Position numbers and translations under genes: made by a program. Below, one piece after another: positions 1-12,456 of a DNA stretch of 64,000 bases. How positions within the stretch are numbered: position 1 is the first letter of the stretch; each line of letters starts with the position of its first letter. The notes under the pieces were generated by a model. That model had not been told where the DNA came from. It was given only the letters and a program-made list of their open reading frames with translations, and ran no database searches. Location of the stretch: contig OZ361261.1 in the NCBI GenBank assembly GCA_977018835.1, forward strand, positions 2,294,001 through 2,358,000, given 5' to 3'. The DNA is from Minutocellus sp. GHC0000111 (taxonomy: Eukaryota).

Positions 1-52
1 GCGGGAAGCCGGCAATCCAATGACGCCGAGTGAGCTAAAAACATGAGCAAGG

Positions 53-635
53 ATGAGACACTGGCCCTGCACGACCATGATGGCTTCTGCTGTCGCAACT
101 CTTCCTGCTCCCCCGGTGTGGCAGAGGAGCATCTGGCCGAGAATGTTGGGAGTTGAAAATTTTAATGCCATCCCCCGACCACGCATCAATCGGATGAAAC
201 AGGACATTTCGAAGATTACTGATCGGCACAAGCACAGCGTTCTCGATCAGCCCGATGGTGCTGTGTCCGAGGAGGAAAAACAAAGTCATCTGGCCCTCCT
301 TCAGAAAGAACTCCAGTCCGTCGTTCGTCACCAATGTGGCATTCACACTTTTTGCACCACCAACACGTGTGATTGGATTCGCCTCAGCATTGCTCATCCT
401 GATTGGAGTGATGGCAAGCTCGATGAGGAATGGAGTTCGGGGAATCAATTCGATGGCGACATGTTGGAGATTAGTGACGACACGATTCGCAAGATGACGC
501 TTGAAATGACCAAGAGAATCAACAAGAATGCTGCCGACTCCAACTGCAAGAAGGAATCTACCACCGGCGTAGAACAGCTCAACGGGATGGTGACGAAGTT
601 CACGATGGGGAAAAGGCCGAATTTGACTGCTTCAG
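53..635 (+). pseudogene. C-terminal-region fragment of a DDE transposase (Mutator-like/Kolobok type)
   Basis: HQCGIHTFCxxxxC resembles the HxxGxHxxC motif, and STTGVEQLNGMVTKF resembles the TNxxExxN catalytic-Glu helix. The ORF is truncated at the junction and has no Tyr in 212 aa. Confidence 0.5.
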
Positions 636-1617
636 ACGCCTCCAGGTCCTCCTCCGTCGGCACCAGCATTTCTTCGCAGACGCATTTCTGAAAGAAGAGT
701 GTGCCGCACATTGAGCAGCTTCGGTTGGCGGCAGTGCAGCAAGCAGGGGGCATTGGCGGCCTCTCTCTGGTCTCGTCCCAATTACCGAATGTGTCTGCCT
801 CCGGCGCTGCCGTCGGATCATCGTCGGCTTCCTCACAAACGGCCGCAACAAGAGCATCCGTGTCCGATCTGATCGCTGCTGATGGCCCACCATCTACCTG
901 CAGAAGTTGGCCCATTCCAACAACATCAAAATCAACTAGTCCAATCCCAGCAGTAGAGTGTGTGTCATCACATGGAGCCACACGCCATCGGTGGAACTTT
1001 GTCAATTTGATCACATGGCCCTGTTGTAGACTTCGGGCCTTTTCGGCAATTGTCAGGGCAACACGAGCGACGACAAGCTCTCCGCTTCCATCAAGCAAAG
1101 TGAGCGATGTGGTGTTGAAAGGTCGGCCGTGCGCAGCAAGAGCCGATCCAATGTCGATCCGTTTCCCATGAAGTTGAAATATAGGGAAGAATTCAGGTCC
1201 GGCGTCAAACATGGGATCTTGCAATTGATCGACGATGCCGACCGTCAGCCTCAACTTCACATCAGCCACGGACAGGTTGGCAACTACGAGGCCGGGCCGC
1301 TCAGCAGCGACATCAATGTCATCCCGAACATGATGCTTATCAGCGCGAGCCTCGACTGCTTTGACAAGATGTTGAAGTGCATGGCCGACGCCGGGATTGT
1401 TCCATAATTCTCGTCCTTGTCCGTTCGGGTCGTTCTCCAACGTGACGGCGAGGCCCTCCAGCATCTCGGCAACGGCGTCTTTCGCTTTGTCCTCCGCCTT
1501 CTCTTTCTTCTTGTCAACAGGCAAAATCGGGCGACCGGAGTTATCTGTCTTGAGTTTCCGCAACCGCGTATCTGCGTTGTGGGCCGGGCCGGCACTATTA
1601 TCAGCGCTGCGCTTCAT
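630..1617 (-). pseudogene. Transposon accessory protein (KolX-like candidate), 3'-truncated
   Basis: ATG at 1617. Possible OB-fold-like middle region (LTLLDGSG...VIKLTKF) and a Cys cluster CC-x5-CSMC-x7-CVC. It then runs into the antisense of the transposase. No Tyr in 390 aa. Confidence 0.45.
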
Positions 1618-1928
1618 CGTAATGAAGAGGGGGCAGAGCGGCGATTCTCATGGTGGGGTCGAGTTTTTGTCATGCTTCGCTCGTCATGAGAAATAAGAAT
1701 AAGGGGGATTAAAAACGGGGAAAATTATGGACAGCGCCCTCTTAAACAAATGTTTTATGATGCAATCAACCCCCCGATCGGATATCATGTTTCGCTGACG
1801 CGACGCGTGCGTGTTCCTTGCTGCGTGCGGCTGGCCACTCCCCACAGATGAAAATCCATGAAATCAAGAAAAACTTGGATGGGAGAGCAAGGAAAACCCG
1901 CCACATCGATCATTTTCAACGCTTCAAG

Positions 1929-3396
1929 ATGGCCGACGCCGGTGGAAAACCCGCAAGCGGGGCGGCTGCCGCCCAACCAGCCCCTGAGGCCCCTGGACTC
2001 ATTCAGTGCTGCTGCGCGTGCGCTTGCTGTCTGCTATGCACTCGTAAGTTTGGATCGAGAGGAATTCCAAGCACATGATGCTCGACGATCTTTTTAATCC
2101 TCGCAGAAATAAATGAGCTCACCCCCATCTATCTTATCTTTTCTCCAACAATCTATTGTTATTCCAGCCCTCATGGTTCTTTGCTGCTGCTGCTCGGGCG
2201 TGACCTCCGCCATCCAAAAGGCGCAAGGCAAGCGCTGGGATGCCAAGAGCCGAGCCTGGGTCATTGACAACCTCGAGGAGGACGCTGGAACCATGAAGGA
2301 CGTGCCCGAGGACGACGACGACATCCTCAAGGTTGCCGAGGAGGCTGCCGGGGCTGCTGCTGATCCATCCGCCTCTGTCGCTGCTGTTGAGGCTGGAAAG
2401 GTCAAGGAGACCGAGTACTACGACGCCCTGGGCGTCCCTCCCGATGCCGACGAGAAGAAGATCAAGCGTGCCTACTACGTCAACGCACGCAAGTGGCATC
2501 CCGACCGCAACGACAGTGATGAAGCCAAGGCCAAGTTCCAAGTCATCGGCGAGGCTTATCAGGTGCTCAGCGACGAAAAGCTGCGCGCTGCATACGACAA
2601 GGGTGGCAAGGAGGCTCTTTCGGGCGATAAGACCGAAATTTCCCCGGATTCGGTCGATCCATCCCTGGTATTTACCATGCTCTTTGGCTCGGATGCCTTC
2701 GAGCCATACATCGGTCGTCTTCAGGTGGTGACGCAGACCATGGCGGGAGATCCCAAGGAGACAAAGATCGATGCTGCCAAAATGGCTGAGCTGGAGCGCC
2801 GCCGCGTCGTTCGCCTGGCCCTCAAGCTGCGCGATCGCGTCCAGAAATGGGTCGATGGCCGCGAAGAGGGAGCCAAGGCCGAATGGCAGGCCGAGGCCGA
2901 GAAGCTCGTCGAGCTTCGCTATGGCGAAGAGATCCTCAATGCTGTCGGGCAGGCTTACAGGCTTTCGGTGGCCCAGGCTGTTGGATCCTTCTCGGAGGGA
3001 CTGGAGGCGAAGATGAGCGAGCATGAAACAACGATGGCCGCTGCCCAGGGTGCCATGAAGGGTGCTCAAAAGATGCAAAAGGACGGTGGCGTCGGAGAAG
3101 ACGCTCTTCCCTCGTACATTGAAATGATGAGTAATGTCACTGTCATTGATATTACCTCTACCATCCGTGAAGTTATTTTCAAGGTTGTTCTGGACAAGAG
3201 CGTTGACTCTGCTACTCGCTCCAAGCGCGCTGCCGCTGTCAAGGCACTTGGGGATATTTTCGAGAAGACCAAGAGCAAGAAGCTTGCCAAGGATAAGCGC
3301 AGTGCGCGTCATCTCTACCAGAGTGCCGCTGCTGCCGCGATGGAGGCTACTATGGCTAAAATGCGGGAAGAAGAAGGAATGGCCGACATCGACTAA
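1929..3396 (+). CDS. DnaJ protein with C-terminal X-domain and N-terminal cysteine string
   Basis: Exon 1 is 1929-2043, intron 2044-2167 (GTAAGT...CCAG, phase fits), exon 2 is 2168-3396. J-domain EYYDALGV...KWHPDRN...FQVIGEAYQVLSD, followed by an X-domain-like region. Confidence 0.9.
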
Positions 3397-3559
3397 GGCC
3401 ACGATGATCTCAATGTCGCCATTGTCGACATTTGCGAGGGACATCCATTTTTATTTTTTTACACGTATCATCGTATTTTACTAGTATTTGTCATAGAGAT
3501 ACAACAGAAAAGACAGTATAAAAATATATAGCTTCAAGCTGTAAAAAAATTTAATTTAA

Positions 3560-5066
3560 TCAAAGTAATAATCGACGCATCAGCCGACGAACACTGCATG
3601 CGTAAGGTTCAGGTTCAATGGCCTCGTTGTTGGCGACCTTCTCAAGCCCAGTTGGGAGATATTGATAGTTGTTTCGCTTCCCTCGGAAGAAGCGAACAGT
3701 CCACACGTCAACGGAATACGTTGATATCGGCGTCCCAATGAACGCTCGGCTGTTCAGTGCTAGATAAAAGTTGATCATGCTGCCAACCGTTGCTCTCATA
3801 CCGTCGAACCTTGGATCGTCACCAAGGGCACTGGTTCCAAGCTCAAACACTCGTGCCTTGCCGCCAAACATTCCGTCTTTTTCGACCCTTTCCAGTGATG
3901 CTAAATTTTGCGCCGCTAAAGGGTTATTTTCTTCTGGCCTGGAGCCTTCAATCAGTAAAGGTTTGTTGAGGGGCATAAAGATACCAAGAGGTGGCGTTTC
4001 TTTGAACTCATCCTCAACAAACTTGAGTATTTTCGACAAGTCAAAGATCTTCATTTCCCCACATTTTCCATGGTGCTTTTGCATGTCCGGCTCTACACGA
4101 GCGTGGAGCGTGATGTAATTTCCACTTCTCAACTCTTCCGGTAAATGCATCATAAGTTCTTGTGTTTTGTCTGTGAGCAGTTTCGACGGAACAAGAGCCT
4201 GATAGATCAGAACTTCTAATCTGTCTCTTCCCTTTTTTCTGTCAATAAGTCCTCTTGTATAAGTTTTGTAGCCATTCCACAGCTTGCCTCCCATAATGCC
4301 ACCTCCGCCATGATATGGATTTGTTCTCCTTCTTGCGTTTTCTCCGAGGAATTGTGTTGGTGACCCCTTCTTAAGTGGGTTTACAATTGTCATGTTGAGC
4401 AACCGATCAGAATTATCCCACTGATAGTGCTGCTTTTCATTGTATGACACAAATTTTGGCAGGCGAGGATAGAATGTGTTCCAGTACTCGACATCGAACA
4501 AAGTTTCGTGCAGGATAGCCCTACCACCGAATTGTTCACCCCACCGGTAGCAGTATCTGTGATATGTTCTTCGACCGAGCCTCGAATATGAATTGGTTGA
4601 ACCGCATCGCCTGATTTCTAAATCCCCCGCGGAAAAATGGTTCCGTAAGTGCGATTGTGGGCAAGGTGGGGTCGGGATCGGTCGAAGCTGGTACCCATGC
4701 AACTGTTTTTATTGGAGTATTCGCCGACTGACGAGTCCTTCGGCGTGTTTGTCTGTCCCCTTGTGTATCACTACCCACTGCGTCGGTGGTGTTGTCATCT
4801 CCACTGGTGCCCGTCAGACCAAAGTTTATGGAAGCAGGCACAGGTATGCTCGGCATCAGCGAGGCTAAATATCGTCCATCGTCCAGGAGAATCGCCCCAA
4901 CACTATCTTGAGCACTGTTCAAAGCTCGAGTGTAACCCCGGACTGCGAAGAAGCCACAACAAAGGGCGCACAGCATGTACCGGTATCGGCCGCTATTATT
5001 CCATGTAGCATCAGCGCTACCTCCCTGCGCAACCGATGGAAGGGCATCCTCACTATTTGTCATCAC
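3560..5066 (-). CDS. Type II membrane O-fucosyltransferase-like glycosyltransferase (frameshift near 4545)
   Basis: N-terminal transmembrane segment; motifs GGFRNQ, LFDVEYWN, YITLHARVEPDM and FIGTPISTYS. ORFs 4536-5066 and 3560-4702 join out of frame at LLP|RWGEQ with no intron visible. Confidence 0.75.
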
Positions 5067-5544
5067 TGGGCACCGGCACCACAGTTAGTCACTCGTCTCT
5101 AATGATCCCTCCACGCAAATGGTACAAGTACTCGTACATGTAGGCCTACATGCCAACAGCATTACAACTGGTTCACTTGCATGCATGGCATGGAACCTGT
5201 GAAGAAAAGGGGAATAATACCCGAAGCAAACCTGCCAAACCCCTGAAAAGAAGCCACGCGGACAAAAATTTCGCATGGCTTTTCTCCCGACATTCAAGAA
5301 ACTTTCCGAGTACCTAGGTACGAGTTCGAGAGTGTCCGAGGCAGTGGATCCTTTACCACGCACGGCACCAACGACATCTGATCTTGCGAAAGCCAGCGAG
5401 CCAGCCATCAATGGCCGCAATGATGCAGCCCAGCTCCCGCAAGACCGGCCACTAGCTAGTCAGCACTAATCTACTACGTAGCTGGCTAGCTCAACCCATC
5501 TGCCATCTCGTATAATTTATTTTTTATCGCAACAGAACTACTCT

Positions 5545-7099
5545 ATGAATACTGACCCACCCCCTTTCCCGACGGCGGTACCGCCAAATGCACCTGTCTT
5601 CACAGACGAAGACGAGAGGCGTGAGTTGCAATCTCTTACCATGAAGGAAATTGCAGACGTCGAGCAGGATTTACGCGGTATCACGTCCGATGTGAATGGT
5701 CTTCGATTGGGATCTTCAGCGGCGGGGCCCGACGACGACGAGGAAGGAGAGAAAGATGCCGGATCCTGGAAAAAGCGAAAGGGAGACAAGGAGACAAAGC
5801 CCCGGCGTACACCAGCTGCTCGGCGTACATCTCTGGACGATTTATCCAAGCTTGAGCTGGAAATATTGCGGATGCCCCCCGACGCCAAGGAGAGCTACGT
5901 CGAGGCCTGCCTCAAATGCCCCGAACTTCTCACCCCGGAGCACAAGACAGCATTCATCGAATATGCATCCTTTGACACTCACGAAGCTGCTATTCGTCTG
6001 TGCGAATATTGGAAGATAAGAGTCGCAACCTTTGGTGCTGACCGTGCGTTTCTCCCGATGACACTTACGGGGGCCATGAAAGATGAGGTGAAGGGAATGA
6101 TAGAGTGCTGCCCGATGCAGATTCTACCAATGCCAGATCTATCCGGGCGGCCCGTCCTCTTTTTCAATCCCAGTCGACGAAACTTCGACCAGTTCTCTCA
6201 AGAGAGCGAGGTAAGCTTCATTGGAAAATACCCCGGTCGAACCGATTGACTGATCCATATAACCACCATTCATCTAACTTCTACTACATGTACATCACTT
6301 CATCATTATTCTTCCTCCCCGTACCACAACAAATTATCAACCACGACGACAGGCGCGATCTCTATTTTATCTCATTGATTGCCTCTGCTTCACCGATGAA
6401 AACACCAGAAAGGCCGGCTTTGTTGGTATCGCTATTGGTCGACGGGTTGAGCGAAGGTCCTTGTTACTGATGTTACTCAAATTTAACATGCATCTTATTG
6501 GGAATGTCATGCCAATACGGCTTCGTTCATGTCATATTGTTTATCCAAGCCCGGCACTTTACTATCTCATTTGGCCGGTTGTACGGTATATAATTGGGAA
6601 GGAGCAACGGCTGCGATGGATACTTCACAACGGGGCCGAAGAGAGAATTATTCACGATCTAGAGGGATGCCGATTTCATCGCGCCAGGTTACCGAAGGTA
6701 GTTGGAGGGGACCTGGAAGTCGATAAGCACCAGTGGGTGGCCGATAGGAGCGTTAAGGAAAGTTTTGTCTCTGTTGTGGCCTCTGCTGAAGAAGAGAATG
6801 CCAAGGATGTACTGTTGAAGCACGCGGCCTCACTGCAGGGCAGTGCACAAGCCGCTGAGCTTCCCCTGGAGATTGTTGGGTCGTCGAATTTTGTTATGGA
6901 GCAGCATTCTACTGAAGAATCGGACATCGAAGCAACAAAGGCCAAAATTATTTCCCAATTTAACAGTCAGCTTCTCGCATCATCATCCACAAACCCAAGC
7001 CTGGCCGATGAAAGTGGCCTAGAAGACGATGGAAGAAAGAAGCCTCCTAGCAGCAGCACGGTAGGTTCGGAAGGTGGGAGAGGCGACGCATCTATTTGA
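5545..7099 (+). CDS. CRAL-TRIO/Sec14-like lipid-binding protein (diatom-type family)
   Basis: Exon 1 is 5545-6210, intron 6211-6352, exon 2 in frame to TGA at 7097-7099. Motifs AAIRLCEYWKIR..FG..AFLPMTL and MPIRLRSCHIV. The frame continues to 7339 past the TGA. Confidence 0.7.
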
Positions 7100-7677
7100 A
7101 CATCGGGATCTCATGCTACATATAGTGCCAGCAGCGATGCTAATGCAAATGATCTTGCAAGGAAGGTTCTTCACCAATTACCAAGCGATGAACTTGATGA
7201 CTTCTTCAAAACAATGGAGAAGAACACCGGCGGAAACGAGGCAGGAGAACAAGCTCATCACAACATTGCAGACAGGTTACCAAGCGACGAAATCGATGCC
7301 TTCTTCCAAGGTGCGGACGACCCATTGGCTGACGGTTGACATGATGAAGGCCCACCCTACACGTACCGGTAGCTTCCTAGAGACTGAATTTTGCTCTCTA
7401 CTTGTAGATTTTATGGGTAGCATAATACATTTCAGTTGTAGTTCGATCGTGTAGAGATCTACGAGTAGAGTCTACACTGTAGTGACTATGCTGCTGCCTT
7501 GTTTGCTGTCGCCACCTTCTCGTCACTTTTTCGATGAAAAATTTCGCATCGTCGACGCGCTGACTTTCACTTATTGTCCTGCACCACGCCGCAGAACTTC
7601 GAACGCAAATAATGCACTGCAGGCGGCCAGTGAATTCAAAGTGATGGTAAAGCTCAAACAATAGCAAAGCTGCAAAG

Positions 7678-10674
7678 ATGGGTAACGAGCAGTCGGCTCC
7701 TAGCGGCCCTTTGCTCGTTGACGCTGACTTTTTGTACGGTAGCGCAACCACGTTGGAATTCGTCCACGGCGGGGGCGGTGAGAAAGAAGACGGCAATAAC
7801 AATGATGATAATGACGAAGGCAATAACAACAACGGCAATAACAATGACGAGAAGGATGCCGACTCGATGTCCATGTCCTACTCAGATTCCTCGGGTGAGG
7901 AGGGTGGTGATGTAGCCCGCAGCAGCACTAGCAGCACCAACAGCTACTCTCCAAACTCGCCACCTACTTTCGACCTGCGAACGCCGCCCAAGTCGGCACC
8001 GCCCCAATCTCGGAGACGACGAATTGGCAACAATGGCAGGTACGGAGACACCGCATTCAGTCCAGGTCAAAGACTGGCATCCTTCTTAAACCGGCTAGAT
8101 TCCCGGGAGTTCGATGCTGCTGCACACCGATTCTTTTTGACGGGCGACACATCAAGTGCTGAATACAACACCGATGGGACGGCGGTTTCGACCTCTACCT
8201 CTCCACGGTCGCCACCGCTGCCACGGTCGGTTGACGCTGGGTTTGGCACATATTATGGCGAAGAGGATCGGTACACTGATGGGGACGACGAATACGGTTT
8301 CTTTCGAGATGAAGAGTCGAATGACGACGGAAGTCGTTCGTCGGCGTCAGAGGCCGGGGCTGAAAAGATGTTTAGTACGAGACAAAAGAAGCTTTCACAA
8401 TCACACCAAGAAGAGGCGACACAGAACAAACGGGGCCTCCCCTTTTCAGCATGCGCATTGGGCAATCCTTCCAGCTTTGACGAAGACGAGGAAGCTCAAA
8501 AGAGAGCGTTTACTTGCGACGAAAGCACCCTTCCGGATGATCTCTTCGCGTGTTACGCACCTACGTTCATAATGAAAGTCACGCAAAGCACAAATGATCT
8601 CGACCGAGATTATCACATTCCACCAAGTGCATCGGCCCCATCGCTTTTTCAAGGGTTGCTTGGGCAGCGATCAATCAAGAGTGACCCGAACCTTTTGTCT
8701 ACTGTCATTGACGCCGATACGGAGCTGGACTTGATGCCCGATGGGGATGAATCGACTCCCGAAAGTGACCTTCGGCCCATGTCACAAGGGGGCCGGACGA
8801 GAAAAGTACCACATTGTTACCACCGCGGCGTTACCTTGGATGACGGGAACGGCAGTGAATCCCCTACTTAGATGTGTATATTTGAACCGTGCGGCTCGGG
8901 AAGAAGAGAGGGCGGTATTTGAGAAGGCGGTATTCGAGACGAAACAATCAGAAGAAGACACAAATGATACCGAGAAACAACAAAACGTAAATATCGAGAA
9001 CGGCGAGGACAATGATCCTACTCTGCCCCCTGCAGAATTCAAGCCAAGCCCCGGAGTTGCAACACTTGTCATCCCATGGCTCACGAGTGTGAAGGATAGA
9101 AAGAAACTTTACGGAGACGATCGCTATTTCAACACCCAGGAAGAGCAAGAATCACACATCAGAGACTGGGTGAAGGAGATGGCAGGTATGCCAGAAGAGG
9201 CCGAGAGGCAAGAGGATGGTGGGATTGGCATTGTGTAAGTTTGCAATTGTCACTACAAGCAAAAGGAGCTTCTGGACATTTCTGCAGACATTTTAAACTG
9301 ACCTTTCTTCTCCTCCTCCTCCTCTATGTGCACACTTATTTCCCATGGCATGGCAGATTTTATGATGCTGCATATCACCCCAAGTTTGGCTCCATTTTTG
9401 CCACTGGTAACATTTGCGCGCACATTCGCAATTTGGATATCGAGGCCGATGTTGCTATTCTCGAGGAGCCCGAACACTTGAATTGGTTCAATCCATGCAA
9501 CTGGACTGAAACATTTGTGCACGTAATAGGTATCATCCACACAAACTACAAGTCCTACGCCTCCGCCCAACCTTTTGGCTCGATATCTTCGGGTTTCTTA
9601 CAAACTCTTTCGACCTTTGTTGTTAGAGCACACTGCAACAAAGTCATCAATTTGAGTGGCACTCTTCCATCTGTTGCCCCTTACAAAGAAATGGTCTGCA
9701 ATGTCCACGGGATTCGCAGTGATTTCCTTGAAGCCGAACCAAGTATATCGCATTGCGACCAATGCCAAATTTACTTTATTGGGAAGCTCTTATGGGAGAA
9801 AGGATTCGACAAGTTACTTGATCTGCAGTCTCTGTACAAGAAGATGACCGGCGAGTATTTCGAGATTCATATTTACGGCTCAGGTCCTGATCAAGCCGAA
9901 ATCAAGCGAGCGTTCCATGGGCGCCCAAAGAAATCTAGATCAATGTCCCAAAGTGCCCCTGCTTCAGTTGCATCATCCGATGAGAGCGGTGATGACGAAG
10001 GTAATTCCACAGCACAGGAAGGGACGGGTGGACTGACACCGAGCAAAGCCAAGATTGCTTCCATAATAAATGATCTTCCCAAGTCTCGTTACGAGCTCCG
10101 TCGCCACGCCATCCCCGCTCAGTTTCGTGGACGAAAGGACCACGCTGGGCTCAAGGGTGCATACAAAGTCTTTGTCAATTGTTCAATTAGCGAGGTGCTT
10201 TGCACAACTACTGCTGAGTCGATCGCAATGGGAAATTGGGTTATCATACCATTCCATCCGTCGAATGACTTTTTCGCTCGCTTCCCAAGTGCTCTCATGT
10301 ACCGGAGTCAATCAGAGTTTGTAGAAATGCTCCAGTTTGCAGTGAAAAATGACCCTCCGCTGTTATCCAATGCACTTTCTCGAGAGCTGACCTGGACAGC
10401 GGCAACCGAGCGACTGATCCTTGCTTCTGTCGTGACCAAACGCCAGGCTCTGCGAAACGAGCGACTTGGTTATACTTCTGCCGACAAGCGCTCAGCACGC
10501 TTCCATACCAATTTTGCTGAAAAGAAAGAAGGAATAACCTTCAGAAATATGTTTCTCCGCGAGGAGGAAGAAGAAGACGAAAAGGCCAAGAATAGACGGA
10601 CGAAAGAGGCCACTTTCAGCATGAAAATGTTTCAAACAAACGAAAGAAACGAACCGACAATCCAACTTTCATAG
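7678..10674 (+). CDS. DGD1: Digalactosyldiacylglycerol synthase (GT4) with long acidic N-terminal extension; frameshift near 8790
   Basis: Motifs HIVTTAALPWMTGTAVNPLLR, ILEEPEHLNW, HTNY, CNVHG, YFIGKLLWEKG and SEVLCTTTAE. Intron 9235-9356. The N-terminal ORF 7678-8871 is out of frame with the catalytic part. Confidence 0.88.
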
Positions 10675-11010
10675 TTCCATAGATGATTAATTTTTTTAGA
10701 TGTATTATTGAATCCCCGCTCTGGCTCATGTTCAGATAAGGGCCGCTATGTTAGTGTAGTCACTGTTGCTTTTAAGTAGCAATTCAGCTTACTTTAGTAT
10801 GCATAGAGATCATATCCATCTTTGTCCACTGCTCGAGTGCACATTATTGCACTCGTCACAAGGATAACAATCAAGATTTAAACTTCTCCAGATCCTGTAC
10901 GTGTTTTACGTTGATAGACTCTGCGTTCTTTAAGCCAAACGCAGGCCACCACACATGTCTCTAATGCAACATCATCTTATTCCCACGCACTGGAATACTT
11001 ATTATTGTAT

Positions 11011-12456
11011 TCAACGTTCTTCCTTCGTTTCGCTTTCCTCCATTCTATCTCTCTTCCTTCTTTCCCCAGACCTGCTTCTCGATCGACTCCTCCTACGTTT
11101 GCCATCACGATTCCTTTCTTTACCATCACCATCACGCTTAGACGACGAGCGGTGTCGGTCACGGTCACGGTCACGATCACGATACCTTCTTGCCGAATCA
11201 TTATCACTACTATCCCTCCTACCGGCCTCATCGCTTTTCGCCTCTCCTTGTTCCCGACTGCTGTGTCGTTCTTTATGCCGATCTTTCCGTCGGTCAGTCG
11301 GACTACGACTCCGTCCTCTCCTGCTTCTCCGATCCTTGTCGCCATCGCGGGACGATCTGCGACCATCTCTGTCCCGATCCCTCCTCCTTCGGTCGTATGG
11401 CGACCTGGATCTGGATCTTGATCGTTCCCGCCTGCGGTAGTAGCCGTCGCGCTCCCGACGCTCATCCCGAGACGACCGGCGCCGATCCTTATCCGATCGG
11501 CTACGAGAATGACTTCGGCTCCGACTTCGGCTGGACCGCCTTCGACCTCCGCTTCGGCTATCTCTGTATCGGTCGCCATCCCGATAATCCCGATCATAGG
11601 AATCTCGATAATCGTACGGGTCGTAGTAGTCACGTTCTCTCCGGCTACTGCGGCCGCCTCCATCCCTCCTCGACGAACGCTCGCGATCGTCGTAGTAGGA
11701 GTCATAGTAGGCGGACGACGAGCCACCACCACCGCCATAGTGCTGCCCTTTCGTACTGCCGCCGCCGCCCGATGAGACCGACATGCCGCCGCCTCCGTAG
11801 CTTCTCGATGCCGACCGGTCGCGGTCCCGTTCCGAAGCCGAGACGGATCCGGTCGCAGCTGCCGCCAAAGATCCGCCCTCACCGTTGGCAGACGCTGTCG
11901 CTGCCACGGCCGCCGTCGCTCCTGGTGCCTCCCCGGCACCGGGAGGTGGGGTGAACTTGACCCCGCTGGCCAATTTCTGCTCTCCACCGCCGCCACCGGC
12001 AGCGCTTCCGTTCGACCTCCTGCCACCAGCACCAGCACCGACGCCGCGCTTCGACGCGGCATGCTGTCGGACCAGCGTATCGTACGACCTCTGCGCGGCC
12101 AGGACGCATCCACCGTGGAGGATGGCGCGGATGCCAGCGTCAATCACCGATTTGTGATGCGGAGTGAGATCGTCGTACCAAAGCTCGGCCTCGGACTTTG
12201 TAGTGGTGTTGCTCCTTCCAGATGACGGTCCCTCCGCCAGGACCTTGCGCAGGTAGGCCTCCGCATCCCAAGGCGGAGACTGCGTCTTTTCTTTGCCGCC
12301 GCTGTCAGTCCCGCCATCGTGCTGCTTTGCATTGCTGGTGCCATTTCCAGTAGCGGCCGCTGCTGCAGTTGCAGTCGGTGCCGTGGGGCCATTCATTGCC
12401 GGTTCCAGCACCGACTGGGGTGGTTTCCGTGGTATTGCTGCCCCCGCTCCGTTCAT
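11011..12456 (-). CDS. Arg/Ser/Asp-rich (RS-domain) protein, possibly splicing-related; 5' end uncertain
   Basis: 481-aa ORF with a short helical domain followed by long RS/RD repeats (RSRSRSRS, RDRDRD). Confidence 0.65.
   Translation of the reverse strand: MNGAGAAIPRKPPQSVLEPAMNGPTAPTATAAAAATGNGTSNAKQHDGGTDSGGKEKTQSPPWDAEAYLRKVLAEGPSSGRSNTTTKSEAELWYDDLTPHHKSVIDAGIRAILHGGCVLAAQRSYDTLVRQHAASKRGVGAGAGGRRSNGSAAGGGGGEQKLASGVKFTPPPGAGEAPGATAAVAATASANGEGGSLAAAATGSVSASERDRDRSASRSYGGGGMSVSSGGGGSTKGQHYGGGGGSSSAYYDSYYDDRERSSRRDGGGRSSRRERDYYDPYDYRDSYDRDYRDGDRYRDSRSGGRRRSSRSRSRSHSRSRSDKDRRRSSRDERRERDGYYRRRERSRSRSRSPYDRRRRDRDRDGRRSSRDGDKDRRSRRGRSRSPTDRRKDRHKERHSSREQGEAKSDEAGRRDSSDNDSARRYRDRDRDRDRHRSSSKRDGDGKERNRDGKRRRSRSRSRSGERRKRDRMEESETKEER

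Larger units (their letters stand above)
1..1741. mobile_element. Right part of an internally deleted DNA transposon, probably Kolobok-type, with two convergent truncated ORFs
   Basis: A transposase-like ORF (+) and a second ORF (-) converge and read into each other near 625-640. The element appears to end ...GGACAGCGCCCTC at 1741, followed by TTAA (1742-1745), matching the RR...YY termini and TTAA target duplication described for Kolobok. The left end lies outside the window. Confidence 0.55.

Noticed and set aside
8785..8800. Programmed ribosomal frameshifting in DGD1, SF3B3 or ATG3
   Set aside because: No canonical slippery heptamer or shared context was seen; simple indels explain the breaks.
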